DNA of 64,000 nt from an uncultured SAR86 cluster bacterium (GTDB lineage Bacteria > Pseudomonadota > Gammaproteobacteria > Magnimaribacterales > D2472), in assembly GCA_902559345.1 (NCBI GenBank), contig CACEHH010000004.1, positions 1,458-65,457 on the forward strand, read 5' to 3'. How positions within the stretch are numbered: the stretch's first letter is position 1; the number at the start of each line of letters is the position of its first letter. The position numbers and the translations under genes were made by a program. Positions 48,295-58,751 of the stretch are shown piece after piece. The notes under the pieces are model-generated. The model saw only the letters and a program-made list of their open reading frames with translations, made no database searches and had not been told where the DNA came from.

Positions 48295-49877
48295 AAAATA
48301 TTGTTGAAGTTAGAAATTTAAGTATAGATTTTAAAATAAGAAATGGTTTATTCCGTGCTGTTGATGAGATAAGTTTTGATATTGAAACAAATAAGACTTT
48401 AGCTCTTGTTGGTGAGTCAGGTTCAGGCAAATCAGTTACAGCGATGTCTATAATGCAGCTCTTGCCTTTTCCACAAGCAACTTATGGAAATGGATCATCC
48501 ATCAAATTCAATAATAAAGAAATTATTAATGCAACCAAATGGGAGCTTTTGTCTTTAAGGGGAAATATTATATCAATGGTTTTTCAGGAGCCAATGACCT
48601 CGCTAAATCCATACCATAGAGTTGGCAATCAAATAACAGAATCAGTTCTTTTGCATACAAAGGTTTCAAAAAATAAAGCTATGAATGAAGCAATTGAATT
48701 AATGAAATTAGTTGAAATAGATGATGTTACAAGAAGGTTTTATTCTTATCCTCATGAGCTCTCAGGCGGCCAAAGACAAAGAATAATGATTGCAATGGCA
48801 TTAGTAAATAAACCAAAACTACTAATTGCTGACGAACCAACCACAGCACTAGATGTAACAATTCAAGCTCAAATTTTGGATTTAATGTCAAAATTAAAAA
48901 GAGAGCTAGGCATGTCGATTTTATTTATCACACATGATTTAGGTTTAGTTAAGGAATTCTCCGATCAAGTTTGTGTTATGCAAAATGGCAAGATAGTTGA
49001 GAGTGGAGATACTAATAATGTTTTCGGGAACCCTCAACATAACTATACTCAGAAACTTTTGAGCGCTGAGCCTCAACCAAAGATAGAAATTAATGATAAT
49101 CATGCTCCTTTAGTAGAGATAAACAATTTAAATGTCTATTACGATATGCCAAGTATAAATTTCTTTAAAAAGAAAAGATTCCATGCTGTAAAAGACGTTT
49201 CATTAGATATTCATAAAAATACAACCATTGGATTGGTTGGTGAATCTGGGTCTGGAAAGTCTACACTTGGTAAAGCAATTGCTAATTTAACTAAGTTTGA
49301 AGGATCAATTAAATTTAATGGACAAATTATTTTAGATTCTTCAAAGGATATGAAGAAACATATTCAAATAGTATTTCAAGATCCTTATGGATCACTGTCA
49401 CCTCGGATGACTATTGGTGAAATTGTTGGAGAGGGTTTAGGGGTTCATTTTAAGTTAACGAAAGATGAAACTCATAAGAGAATTGACAGAGTGCTCAATG
49501 ATGTTGGCATTGAATTGAATTCAAAGAATAAATACCCTCATGAATTTTCTGGCGGCCAAAGACAAAGAATAGCAATTGCAAGATCATTAATTATGAATCC
49601 AGCTTTTATGATACTGGATGAACCTACTTCAGCTCTTGATAGGTCAATACAAATACAAGTTATTAATTTACTCAAAGATATACAAGAAGAGTACAAACTT
49701 ACATATTTATTTATAAGTCATGATTTAAAAGTAATTAGATCAATGTCAGATTATATTTTTGTCATGAAAGATGGAAAAATAGTAGAATCTGGACTTTCAA
49801 ATGAGGTTTTTGATTACCCAAAAGAAAAATATACTAAAAAATTGCTCTCAGCTGCGTTAAGATACGCATCCGATTGA
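48291..49877 (+). CDS. yejF: ABC transporter ATP-binding protein with duplicated NBDs (YejF/peptide-uptake type)
   Basis: Two Walker A motifs (GESGSGKS twice). Two LSGGQRQR signatures. 528 aa. Confidence 0.8.
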   Translation: MKNIVEVRNLSIDFKIRNGLFRAVDEISFDIETNKTLALVGESGSGKSVTAMSIMQLLPFPQATYGNGSSIKFNNKEIINATKWELLSLRGNIISMVFQEPMTSLNPYHRVGNQITESVLLHTKVSKNKAMNEAIELMKLVEIDDVTRRFYSYPHELSGGQRQRIMIAMALVNKPKLLIADEPTTALDVTIQAQILDLMSKLKRELGMSILFITHDLGLVKEFSDQVCVMQNGKIVESGDTNNVFGNPQHNYTQKLLSAEPQPKIEINDNHAPLVEINNLNVYYDMPSINFFKKKRFHAVKDVSLDIHKNTTIGLVGESGSGKSTLGKAIANLTKFEGSIKFNGQIILDSSKDMKKHIQIVFQDPYGSLSPRMTIGEIVGEGLGVHFKLTKDETHKRIDRVLNDVGIELNSKNKYPHEFSGGQRQRIAIARSLIMNPAFMILDEPTSALDRSIQIQVINLLKDIQEEYKLTYLFISHDLKVIRSMSDYIFVMKDGKIVESGLSNEVFDYPKEKYTKKLLSAALRYASD

Positions 49878-49892
49878 GAAAATGATTTAATA

Positions 49893-51551
49893 ATGAGTTC
49901 AAGAAAATATTCAAAAGAGCTAGTTGATGGGCCAAACCAGGCTGCCTCTCGTTCAATGCTCCGTGGAGTAGGGTTCACAACTGAAGACTTTTCAAAACCT
50001 TTAGTTGGAATAGCTTCAACTGGAGCTAAAGTTACTCCTTGTAATATGCATTTAAATAAATTATCAGAAATCGTTGAGGATTCTATTAATTTATCTGGTG
50101 GGAAAGGAGTTCTTTTTAACACGATAACAGTATCAGATGGAATTTCTATGGGCACTCAAGGGATGAAATATTCATTAGTCTCAAGAGAAGTAATTGCAGA
50201 TTCAATTGAAACAGTTGTTGGTTGCCTTGGTTACGATGGGGTAATAACTATAGGCGGTTGTGATAAAAATATGCCTGGATGTTTAATAGGCTTAGCAAGA
50301 TTAAATAGGCCCTCTATATTTATATATGGAGGATCTATAAAACCAAGTAAAGAAAATACCGACTACGTTACTGTTTCAGAAAAAGTTGGTGAGTTTTCGA
50401 AAGGTAAAATAAATGAAGAGGAACTAATTCATTTTGAAGAAATTTCAGTTGAAGGTCCGGGTTCATGTGGGGGAATGTATACTGCAAATACTATGGCATC
50501 TGCAATTGAGGCTCTTGGAATGAGTTTGCCAGGAAGCAGCAGTCAAGATGCAGTTTCAACTTTAAAGAATCAAGATTGTATCGAGGCTGGAAAAGTCATT
50601 ATGCATTTACTTGAGAATGACATTAAGCCATCAGATATTATGACAAGAGAAGCATTTGAAAATGCAATTACTATTGTTATTGCTTTAGGTGGCTCAACCA
50701 ATGCTGTTCTTCATTTATTAGCCATGGCGCATTCTATAGGAGTAAAACTTTCTTTGGACGATTTCACTGAAATTGGAAAAAGAACACCAGTTTTAGCAGA
50801 TCTCAAACCTTTTGGAAGCCACTATATGTCTGAACTTAATGCATCAGGAGGAATACAACCGCTAATGAAAACTTTATTAGAAAAAGGGTTGCTTAATGGT
50901 GATTGCATAACAGTAACAGGTAAAACTATCAGAGAAAATTTAGAAGATATTTCTTCCTATCAAAATAATGACATCATAAAAGATTTTGAATACCCAATTA
51001 AAAAAGATAGTCACCTAAGAATTTTATATGGCAATCTAGCAAAAGAGGGGGCAGTTGCAAAAATTACCGGCAAAGAAGGAATGTCTTTTCAAGGTAAGGC
51101 TAAGGTTTTTAATTCTGAAGAAGAAGGCGTTGAAGCAATATTAAACAATAAAATCAATGAAGGTGATGTTATTGTTATTAGATATGAAGGACCAAAAGGT
51201 GGTCCTGGTATGAGAGAAATGTTAAAACCAACCTCTGCAATCATGGGACTTGGTTTAGGAGATAAGGTTGCATTTATTACTGATGGAAGGTTTTCTGGCG
51301 GTACTCATGGGTTCGTTGTTGGACATATTTCTCCTGAAGCTGCCGATGGGGGTCTTATTGCATTAATTGAAGATGGAGACAGCATCTTAATTGATTCAAA
51401 TACTGACAAATTAACATTAAAAGTTAATGAAGATGAGATAGAAAAAAGAAAATCAAATTGGAATAATCCTACAAAAACTCCTAAAAAAGGAGTCTTATCC
51501 AAGTATGCAAAAAGCGTACAATCAGCAAGCCTAGGAGCAATAACCGATTAA
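49893..51551 (+). CDS. ilvD: Dihydroxy-acid dehydratase
   Basis: 552 aa. [29 protein letters not shown]. Confidence 0.92.
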   Translation: MSSRKYSKELVDGPNQAASRSMLRGVGFTTEDFSKPLVGIASTGAKVTPCNMHLNKLSEIVEDSINLSGGKGVLFNTITVSDGISMGTQGMKYSLVSREVIADSIETVVGCLGYDGVITIGGCDKNMPGCLIGLARLNRPSIFIYGGSIKPSKENTDYVTVSEKVGEFSKGKINEEELIHFEEISVEGPGSCGGMYTANTMASAIEALGMSLPGSSSQDAVSTLKNQDCIEAGKVIMHLLENDIKPSDIMTREAFENAITIVIALGGSTNAVLHLLAMAHSIGVKLSLDDFTEIGKRTPVLADLKPFGSHYMSELNASGGIQPLMKTLLEKGLLNGDCITVTGKTIRENLEDISSYQNNDIIKDFEYPIKKDSHLRILYGNLAKEGAVAKITGKEGMSFQGKAKVFNSEEEGVEAILNNKINEGDVIVIRYEGPKGGPGMREMLKPTSAIMGLGLGDKVAFITDGRFSGGTHGFVVGHISPEAADGGLIALIEDGDSILIDSNTDKLTLKVNEDEIEKRKSNWNNPTKTPKKGVLSKYAKSVQSASLGAITD

Positions 51552-51553
51552 TT

Positions 51554-52552
51554 ATGTTTATTGAAAGAAAGTTTCCTAATACAAGATTAAGAAGATTGAG
51601 GAGAAATACCAATCTAATTGACCTGGTATCTGAAACAAATCTATCCTCGAATGATTTAATTCAACCAATCTTTATAAAAGAGAATTTTGATGGCACGGAA
51701 CCAATTGATTCAATGCCTAATATTTTTAGACATGGAATTGATAATGCTATAAAAGAAATTGAAGATATTAAGAAATCAGGAATAAACTCAATAGCAGTTT
51801 TCCCTGTAATAGATTCGATAAATAAAGATAGCAAAGGCAGCCAAGCTGTAGATGCTAATAATTTCATTTCAAATTCTATTAATACAATAAAGAAACAGTT
51901 CCCTGATATTATTCTCATAGCAGATGTCGCCCTTGATCCATACACTGATCATGGTCACGATGGAGTTATTATCAATGATCAAGTTGATAATGATGAAACT
52001 ATTAAAATATTGATAGATCAATCTTTGATCTTGGCAAGCGCAGGAGCTGATATGATCGCTCCATCTGACATGATGGATGGGAGAATTGGCTTGATAAGAA
52101 AAGCACTTGAAGATAATAACTATAAAGATACAATTTTGCTGTCTTACGCTGCTAAATATAATTCTAAATTTTACGGCCCATTTAGAGATGCGGTTGGCTC
52201 GTCATCAAATTTAGGAAAATCATCAAAATCTTCCTATCAAATGTCTTTAAAAAATAAGGAAGAGGCTCTTCATGAAGTTGCTATGGATATAAATGAAGGC
52301 GCTGACATTGTTATGATTAAACCAGCGATGCCATATTTGGATATTATTCATGCAATAAAAGAAAACTTTAAGATACCAACTTTTGCTTACCAGGTAAGTG
52401 GGGAATACAGTATGCTTAAACTTGCAATTAATGAGGGCTGGCTTGATTCAGATGTTATGCTAGAATCCTTAATTAGCATTAAAAGAGCAGGAGCAGACGC
52501 TATTCTTTCTTATGCTGCTAAAGAAATATCTAAGGAGATGCAAAACATATGA
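51554..52552 (+). CDS. hemB: Porphobilinogen synthase (delta-aminolevulinate dehydratase)
   Basis: RLRRLRR N-terminus. Active-site Lys regions (SYAAKYNSKFYGPFRD, VMIKPAMPYLD). Confidence 0.9.
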   Translation: MFIERKFPNTRLRRLRRNTNLIDLVSETNLSSNDLIQPIFIKENFDGTEPIDSMPNIFRHGIDNAIKEIEDIKKSGINSIAVFPVIDSINKDSKGSQAVDANNFISNSINTIKKQFPDIILIADVALDPYTDHGHDGVIINDQVDNDETIKILIDQSLILASAGADMIAPSDMMDGRIGLIRKALEDNNYKDTILLSYAAKYNSKFYGPFRDAVGSSSNLGKSSKSSYQMSLKNKEEALHEVAMDINEGADIVMIKPAMPYLDIIHAIKENFKIPTFAYQVSGEYSMLKLAINEGWLDSDVMLESLISIKRAGADAILSYAAKEISKEMQNI

Positions 52553-52875
52553 GTAATGTTGTAGAAGTGCAAAATAAAGAAGATTTTTTAAATGAGGTTA
52601 TTAATTCTGAACTCCCAGTTTTGGTAGACTTTTGGGCAGAATGGTGTGGACCTTGTAAGCAAATTGCTCCTCTTGTTGAAGAGGCTGCTGAAGAATTTAA
52701 AGATAAGATTAAAGTTTGCAAAATGGATATTGATGCTAATAGAGAGACAGCAGCAGAATATGGTATTAGATCAATTCCAACATTAATGATTTTTTCAAAT
52801 GCGGAGAATGTAGGAACCGAAATAGGTGCGTTAACTAAACAGCAGCTTGACGAATTTATAAGATCTAAGGTTTAA
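52549..52875 (+). CDS. trxA: Thioredoxin
   Basis: 108 aa. WAEWCGPCK active site. Upstream of rho, as in other gammaproteobacteria. Confidence 0.93.
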   Translation: MSNVVEVQNKEDFLNEVINSELPVLVDFWAEWCGPCKQIAPLVEEAAEEFKDKIKVCKMDIDANRETAAEYGIRSIPTLMIFSNAENVGTEIGALTKQQLDEFIRSKV

Positions 52876-52988
52876 TTTTTTGCATATAACTTTGCATCTT
52901 TTAAAAAAGAGAGTTATCATTTTTACATCCAGAGTTAATAAAACCTACCAGTTTCAACCTTTTTCGAATTTAATAGACCGGAATTTAT

Positions 52989-54266
52989 ATGAATCTTAGT
53001 GAAATTAAAGATAAGCCAATCAGCGAGTTAGTTGAAATCGCGACTGAGCTTGGCCTAGAAGATCTTGGGCGATTAAAAAAACAAGAAATAATTTTTCGAA
53101 TATTTAAACATAAAGCCTCAGAAGGAATAGATATTTTTGGTGGCGGTGTTTTAGAAATACTTAATGACGGATTTGGTTTCTTGAGATCACCTCAAGGATC
53201 TTATTGTGCAGGAGAAGATGATATTTATGTATCACCTAGTCAAATTAGAAAGTTTGGTCTAAGAAAGGGTGATTCTGTTGCAGGTAAAATAAGAACTCCA
53301 AAAGATAAAGAAAGATATTTCGCACTTATTCAAGTTGATACTATTAATGGTGAAGAACCAGCTAAAACAAAAAACAAAATTCTTTTTGAAAATTTAACAC
53401 CTCTTTTCCCTAACGAAAGATTAATGCTAGAACAGGGGAGTGGTTCAAATGAAGACCTATCCTCAAGAATAATCGACTTAATTGCGCCAATAGGTAAAGG
53501 GCAGAGAGGTTTGATTGTATCGCCACCTAAAGCAGGAAAGACTTTAATGCTGCAAAGCATCGCACATTCTATTAAAAGTAATAATCCTGAAGTTGAATTA
53601 ATTGTTTTACTAATCGATGAAAGGCCTGAAGAAGTTACAGACATGTCTAGAACTGTAAAAGGAGAAGTTGTAGCTAGTACGTTTGATGAGCCTCCAACAC
53701 GTCATGTTCAAGTTGCAAATATGGTTATTGAAAAAGCTAAAAGGTTGGTAGAGCATAAAAAAGATGTTGTTATATTATTAGATTCGATAACTCGATTGGG
53801 AAGAGCTTATAACTCTGTTCAACCTGCCTCAGGAAAAATCCTAAGTGGTGGTGTAGATTCAAATGCTCTTGAAAGACCAAAAAGATTCTTCGGGGCAGCT
53901 AGAAATCTAGAAGAGGGAGGAAGTTTAACCATTCTTGCAACTGCGTTGGTTGAGACTGGTTCCAAAATGGACGAAGTAATTTATGAAGAATTCAAGGGTA
54001 CAGGCAACATGGAAATTCATCTTGAAAGAAAGATAGCCGAAAAAAGAATCTATCCAGCAATAAATATAAGAAGATCAGGAACTCGAAGAGAAGATCTACT
54101 TACTACTGATGAAGAACTACAAAGAATGTGGGTTTTAAGGAAAATTCTTGATGAGATGGAAGACGCTCAAGCAATTCAATTCCTTATTGACAGAATTAAA
54201 ACCTTTAAGACCAATGATGAGTTCTTTAGCTCAATGAAAAATGGAAACGGAAAGAAATCTAAATAG
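52989..54266 (+). CDS. rho: Transcription termination factor Rho
   Basis: 425 aa. N-terminal RNA-binding domain (GFGFLR). Walker A PPKAGKT. RecA-like ATPase domain. Confidence 0.95.
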   Translation: MNLSEIKDKPISELVEIATELGLEDLGRLKKQEIIFRIFKHKASEGIDIFGGGVLEILNDGFGFLRSPQGSYCAGEDDIYVSPSQIRKFGLRKGDSVAGKIRTPKDKERYFALIQVDTINGEEPAKTKNKILFENLTPLFPNERLMLEQGSGSNEDLSSRIIDLIAPIGKGQRGLIVSPPKAGKTLMLQSIAHSIKSNNPEVELIVLLIDERPEEVTDMSRTVKGEVVASTFDEPPTRHVQVANMVIEKAKRLVEHKKDVVILLDSITRLGRAYNSVQPASGKILSGGVDSNALERPKRFFGAARNLEEGGSLTILATALVETGSKMDEVIYEEFKGTGNMEIHLERKIAEKRIYPAINIRRSGTRREDLLTTDEELQRMWVLRKILDEMEDAQAIQFLIDRIKTFKTNDEFFSSMKNGNGKKSK

Positions 54267-54909
54267 AATTTTTTATTGATTCAGCAATATCATCTGAAAA
54301 ATAATCTATAAATTTTGCCTCATATCCAAGATCAGATATATAACTAATTATTCTATTTGAGATTCCAAATAATTTTGCCTTAATATTGCTGGAATATATT
54401 TCTTCAAAAAAAATATTTACAGCATACGTGCTAGAAAAAATTACAGCATCAGCATCAAGAAAAGGTTGTTTCAAATTATCATAGTTATCAAATTTAACTC
54501 TTTCGTAGCAAATAACTTCTTCAACACAATTCAGATTTCCATTTAGATAATTAAATACATCTTTGAGACCATCAGCACCTTTTATGATTAGAAATTTATT
54601 GTTCTCATTCTTAGATAAAAGCTTAATTAACTCTTTAGACCCTGGTATATCAGGGCATATAGAATCCAAACCTTTCTGTGATAAGAAATTTTTTGTAGAT
54701 GGGCCCATAACATAAATATTTTTATTAATTAACTTTTCCTTTTCTTCAAAAAATTCAACAGATGGTATGCTTTGAAAAATAACGTCTGTAAAGTCATTTG
54801 ATGAAATCGAATGTTCAACTCCTCTTGTTTCAAAAAGAGGAATATTTTTTATAGAATCTTCTTTGTAATCTCTAGGTTTAATGTTTGAGCGTGTATCAAT
54901 TATGTTCAT
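54259..54909 (-). CDS. hemD: Uroporphyrinogen-III synthase (short form)
   Basis: 216 aa, overlapping and directly downstream of hemC. The sequence is weakly conserved, as is typical for this family; the call rests mainly on position. Confidence 0.6.
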   Translation of the reverse strand: MNIIDTRSNIKPRDYKEDSIKNIPLFETRGVEHSISSNDFTDVIFQSIPSVEFFEEKEKLINKNIYVMGPSTKNFLSQKGLDSICPDIPGSKELIKLLSKNENNKFLIIKGADGLKDVFNYLNGNLNCVEEVICYERVKFDNYDNLKQPFLDADAVIFSSTYAVNIFFEEIYSSNIKAKLFGISNRIISYISDLGYEAKFIDYFSDDIAESIKNSI

Positions 54910-55765
54910 TTAAAAGTTTCATTCCTTCTTGTCTTTCAATACTTTTAATAACCTCTTCTGGCGTCCAACCAGAAAAGGAAATGTATTTGTTTTTTCCATA
55001 TATCTCACCAGATGTATATGGAGAACCTTCTTGGATTCTAGTTTGAATTGAAACAGCAGAATTACAATCAGCATTTATTTTATCTAAAACAAATCTATCA
55101 GCATTGATTAATGAATGGCATCGATGATAAAAATTTTCATCATAAGTTAATTGCATATTCAAACCTGGAATCTCCTCCAAGTCATAATCAGCATATTCTA
55201 CAGCCAAAGTTCCCTGACCGGAGGCAGTAATCCATTTCATTTCTTCATAAGTATGCTCATCTAGTATTTTTAACCTTTCTAACCCAGCTTTAGCTAAAAT
55301 TATGCAATCATATTCACCTTTGTATAGCTTTTCTAATCTTGTATCAATATTTCCAGATAAATTAAAAACATTTGATGATCCCAAATGATACTTAGCTTGC
55401 AACTGTCTTCTTAGACTGCTAGTTCCTATACGCATTTTATTATCAAATTTAACAGCATCTTTATAAATTAAAATATCTTTCGATGATTTACTTAGCAAAA
55501 ATATTCTAGAAATATCTTTAGTCTCTTTTGCTGGAGTATCTTTTGCTGAATGAATAGCAATATCAGCCTTGCCACTTAAAAGGCATTTTTGGATATCAGT
55601 TACAAAATGCGCCTTGTCAAACAGAGTCTCGCCTTTAGCACTTTTTATATCTCCCTCTGTTTTAATTTTAATTATTTCATAATCAGATATTTGGTATTCT
55701 GATACAAATTCTTCAACCTGAGCTAAGGCTAATTTTGAAGATCTAGAGGCTATTCTAATTGTCAT
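54896..55765 (-). CDS. hemC: Hydroxymethylbilane synthase (porphobilinogen deaminase)
   Basis: IRIASRSSKLALAQ N-terminus, TSSLRRQ, and the cofactor-binding Cys region near the C-terminus. Confidence 0.88.
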   Translation of the reverse strand: MTIRIASRSSKLALAQVEEFVSEYQISDYEIIKIKTEGDIKSAKGETLFDKAHFVTDIQKCLLSGKADIAIHSAKDTPAKETKDISRIFLLSKSSKDILIYKDAVKFDNKMRIGTSSLRRQLQAKYHLGSSNVFNLSGNIDTRLEKLYKGEYDCIILAKAGLERLKILDEHTYEEMKWITASGQGTLAVEYADYDLEEIPGLNMQLTYDENFYHRCHSLINADRFVLDKINADCNSAVSIQTRIQEGSPYTSGEIYGKNKYISFSGWTPEEVIKSIERQEGMKLLNEHN

Positions 55766-56312
55766 TTTTTAAAAGAAGTGCTTTTACATCACCTAGCTTT
55801 TTTTCTTTGCATATTGTAAATGAATCAGGAATTTCTATATCAGTAAATTTACTAAATTCAATATAAATTTTACATGAAGATTTAAGATTTTGATTATTAT
55901 GGAGAAGTTCTAATACTTTTTTTTCATAATCTTGATTAAATGGAGGATCGAGCAATATAAGATCAAAGTTTGATAAATCATTTTCTTTTATCCATGAAAG
56001 GCCATCCTTAAAAAGTATCATAGATTTATTCTTCAAGCTCAGCTCCAATATTGAATGTTTAACCGCAAGATAATTTCTTTTGTTGTACTCAATAAAAACA
56101 GTTTTTTTAGCGCCTCTAGACAATGCCTCAATACCAAGCGCTCCTGTTCCAGCAAATAAATCTAGGCATTCATGGTCTTTTATTTCAAACTGAAGCCAAT
56201 TGAATAAGACCTCTCTCAATTTACTTGATGTTGGTCTAAGGGAGTTTTTGAAATCAAAAGGAATTTTTTTACCTTTAAGATTACCTCCTGTTATTCGAAT
56301 ACTATTTTTCAT
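55755..56312 (-). CDS. rsmD: 16S rRNA (guanine966-N2)-methyltransferase
   Basis: RITGG, DLFAGTGALGIEALSRGA and LDPPF motifs. Confidence 0.85.
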   Translation of the reverse strand: MKNSIRITGGNLKGKKIPFDFKNSLRPTSSKLREVLFNWLQFEIKDHECLDLFAGTGALGIEALSRGAKKTVFIEYNKRNYLAVKHSILELSLKNKSMILFKDGLSWIKENDLSNFDLILLDPPFNQDYEKKVLELLHNNQNLKSSCKIYIEFSKFTDIEIPDSFTICKEKKLGDVKALLLKNDN

Positions 56313-56345
56313 CTAAAATATTTTTTTTTAAGTATAATCCATGCA

Positions 56346-56810
56346 ATGAGCATACAAGATAATTTTAGATTAGCCATGCGCAGATATATATATTCTGTAA
56401 GCATAATGTCTAATAGAGATAATGTTGGAAATACTAATGCTATAACTGTTTCTTCTGTTACATCTATATCAATGGACCCACCAAGTCTTTTAATATGCAT
56501 TAATAAATCTTCAAGAATTCATGACACTTTAACAATTGGATCAAAATTTTGTATTAATTTGTTAAATAAAGATCAGGAAGAATTATCAAATACATGCTCA
56601 GATGAGGATAAACATGAGCAAAGATTTAATGATAAGAATTGGAACTTAGAAGATATTCCATTTTTAGCTAATGCTCAAGCTAATATTTTTTGTAAAGTTG
56701 ACAAGCTATCCTCATATTATACTCATACCATTGTTGTTGGATTAGTTGAAGATGCTAAGTTCTCAGATAATATTTCTACATTAACCTACGTTGATGGAGA
56801 ATATCGATAA
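56346..56810 (+). CDS. Flavin reductase-like (FMN-binding split-barrel) protein
   Basis: FRLAMRR..., ITVSSVTSISMDPPSLLICINKSS: the characteristic flavin reductase domain pattern. Confidence 0.7.
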   Translation: MSIQDNFRLAMRRYIYSVSIMSNRDNVGNTNAITVSSVTSISMDPPSLLICINKSSRIHDTLTIGSKFCINLLNKDQEELSNTCSDEDKHEQRFNDKNWNLEDIPFLANAQANIFCKVDKLSSYYTHTIVVGLVEDAKFSDNISTLTYVDGEYR

Positions 56811-56822
56811 TATTTGCTGAGC

Positions 56823-57077
56823 TTAATTGCCCTTATTACATTCTTTTATTATTGAAATAACCTTTTTATCATCAAGATTTCCACTGTTAAGCTCGCTTTG
56901 AGTAAAGTCTTCTAGAAGTTTATCTGCCTCACACTGACAAACTTCCTTTCCTTTGTCAGGGCTGCAACTTAAAGTATATGATGTTTTAAAACCCCATTCA
57001 TAACTTTTATCGTATATATCATCAGACGAACAACTTACAATAATTAATGAAATTGGTAAAAATAGAATCTTTTTCAT
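56823..57077 (-). CDS. Small lipoprotein (hypothetical, 4 additional Cys)
   Basis: Lipobox IVSC. 84 aa. Confidence 0.5.
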   Translation of the reverse strand: MKKILFLPISLIIVSCSSDDIYDKSYEWGFKTSYTLSCSPDKGKEVCQCEADKLLEDFTQSELNSGNLDDKKVISIIKECNKGN

Positions 57078-57091
57078 AGTTAATTATACAA

Positions 57092-57700
57092 CTATTTTGT
57101 TTCAACAAGTCCTGTAATGACTTTATCCAAATGAAAATCAAGGTTTTTTGAAATTTGCCCTGCAAATGGCATTGGGCCATTTCTATTATGTTTGCCAGTA
57201 ATATTTACTTTCCGAATAATTCCAACTAAGCCATGAACCATTGACCACAAAGTTATACATTTAAAAGCAACTGTTTCATCATTATCATTAGATAACTTTT
57301 TAAAATTAGACAATAGGATTTGAAATAGGTTATTTGCTGATTCACTAAGCTCAGGATAATCCGCATAATTTCCAACCGCTGTTCCAAACATAAGATCATA
57401 AGTATTTGCATTTTCTAGGCCGAAATCAATGTATGATTTTCCACAGTTAATGAGATAAGTTTTAGGATTCTTGGCTTTTATAGATAACATTTCTTTATTT
57501 AATTTATCAAAACCTTCTTTTGTTATTGCAGCATAAAGATCTTCTTTTGTTTTAAAGTGTCTATAGGGTGCAGTTTGTGAAACTTTACTCTCTTTTGCCA
57601 AAGATCTAATACTTAGTTTGGTATAACCATCTCTTTCACATAACTTGCATGCAATTTTTATAAGTTCTTTTTTAAGATTTCCGTGATGATATGTTTTCAT
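57092..57700 (-). CDS. TetR/AcrR family transcriptional repressor
   Basis: N-terminal HTH LSIRSLAKESKVSQTAPYRHF. 202 aa. Divergent from the RND operon. Confidence 0.88.
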   Translation of the reverse strand: MKTYHHGNLKKELIKIACKLCERDGYTKLSIRSLAKESKVSQTAPYRHFKTKEDLYAAITKEGFDKLNKEMLSIKAKNPKTYLINCGKSYIDFGLENANTYDLMFGTAVGNYADYPELSESANNLFQILLSNFKKLSNDNDETVAFKCITLWSMVHGLVGIIRKVNITGKHNRNGPMPFAGQISKNLDFHLDKVITGLVETK

Positions 57701-57711
57701 TTAATTATCAT

Positions 57712-57759
57712 AATGTTGACACTGCATACATAATGCATTAATGTTTACACTGCATACAT
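57712..57759. promoter_or_regulatory. Duplicated 20-bp operator overlapping the RND-operon promoter
   Basis: AATGTTGACACTGCATACAT (57712-57731) and AATGTTTACACTGCATACAT (57740-57759) differ at one base. TTGACA (57716-57721), a 17-nt spacer, then TAATGT (57739-57744) form a near-consensus promoter. Confidence 0.6.
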
Positions 57760-57777
57760 TAGGATTTTTATAAAAAA

Positions 57778-58746
57778 ATGTCAAATTTTAAATATTTAGT
57801 TTTATTAGGATTTCTTGTTTCATTTAAAATATTTTCTTTAGAAGTGCTTGAAGTTAAGATTTTAAAATCATACTCAATAACTAAAGAATTTCCTGGGAAA
57901 CTTTTACCAATAGAGCAATCAAAATTAGCTTTTGAGATACCAGGTAAGATAAGAAAGATTAATGTTGATGTAGGTGATTCAGTTAATAAAGGACAAATAT
58001 TAGCAAAATTGGATGACAGGGAAGCCCTTGCCCAAGCCAATCAAGCAAAAGCTAGTTATGATCTTTCTAAACAAGTCCTGGAGAGGTTTGAAGACCTAAG
58101 AAAACAAGGGCATATATCAGTCCAAGATTTAGATAAAGCAAAATCAGACTTTATTATTGCAAAATCTCAATATGAGTTTTATAAAGTTAAATTAGACCAA
58201 ACCAATCTTATCTCTCCATTTAATGGAGTTATTCAAAATAGGTTTTTAGATACAGGCACAGTAATTAACTCAGGAATCCCTATACTTGAGATTATTGATT
58301 CAAATTATGTTGAAGCACATATCTCTGTGCCTGTTATTTATTTAGAAGATATGAAACTTGGAGGGGAATATAACTTTGAGTTTGATGGCGAAATAGTAAA
58401 AGCAACTTTTTCTAAATTAGCGCCAATGTCTCCGGGAGGCTCAAATAGTAGATTAGCAATATTTAAGTTTAATAAATTTTTTAATCCTGGATCAATTGCA
58501 AATCTACAATTAAAAATTTCTAAACAAGCAAAAGGCACTTGGGTTCCTCTAAAATCTCTTTCTCAATCAGATCAAGGTTTATGGACGATTTATACAATAG
58601 ATAGCAATAATATTGTTGTCAGAGATATAGTAGAAATAGTTTATTTTGAAGATGATTATGCTTTTGTTAGCGGCACCATAAAAAATGGTGATTTAGTAGT
58701 TTTAGGTGGAGCATCTAAAATTATTGAAGGCAAAAAAATTAATTAA
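57778..58746 (+). CDS. RND efflux periplasmic adaptor (membrane fusion protein)
   Basis: 322 aa. Lipoyl/hairpin region GKIRKINVDVGDSVNKGQILAKLD. HlyD_D23-type architecture. Confidence 0.85.
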   Translation: MSNFKYLVLLGFLVSFKIFSLEVLEVKILKSYSITKEFPGKLLPIEQSKLAFEIPGKIRKINVDVGDSVNKGQILAKLDDREALAQANQAKASYDLSKQVLERFEDLRKQGHISVQDLDKAKSDFIIAKSQYEFYKVKLDQTNLISPFNGVIQNRFLDTGTVINSGIPILEIIDSNYVEAHISVPVIYLEDMKLGGEYNFEFDGEIVKATFSKLAPMSPGGSNSRLAIFKFNKFFNPGSIANLQLKISKQAKGTWVPLKSLSQSDQGLWTIYTIDSNNIVVRDIVEIVYFEDDYAFVSGTIKNGDLVVLGGASKIIEGKKIN

Positions 58747-58751
58747 AAAAG

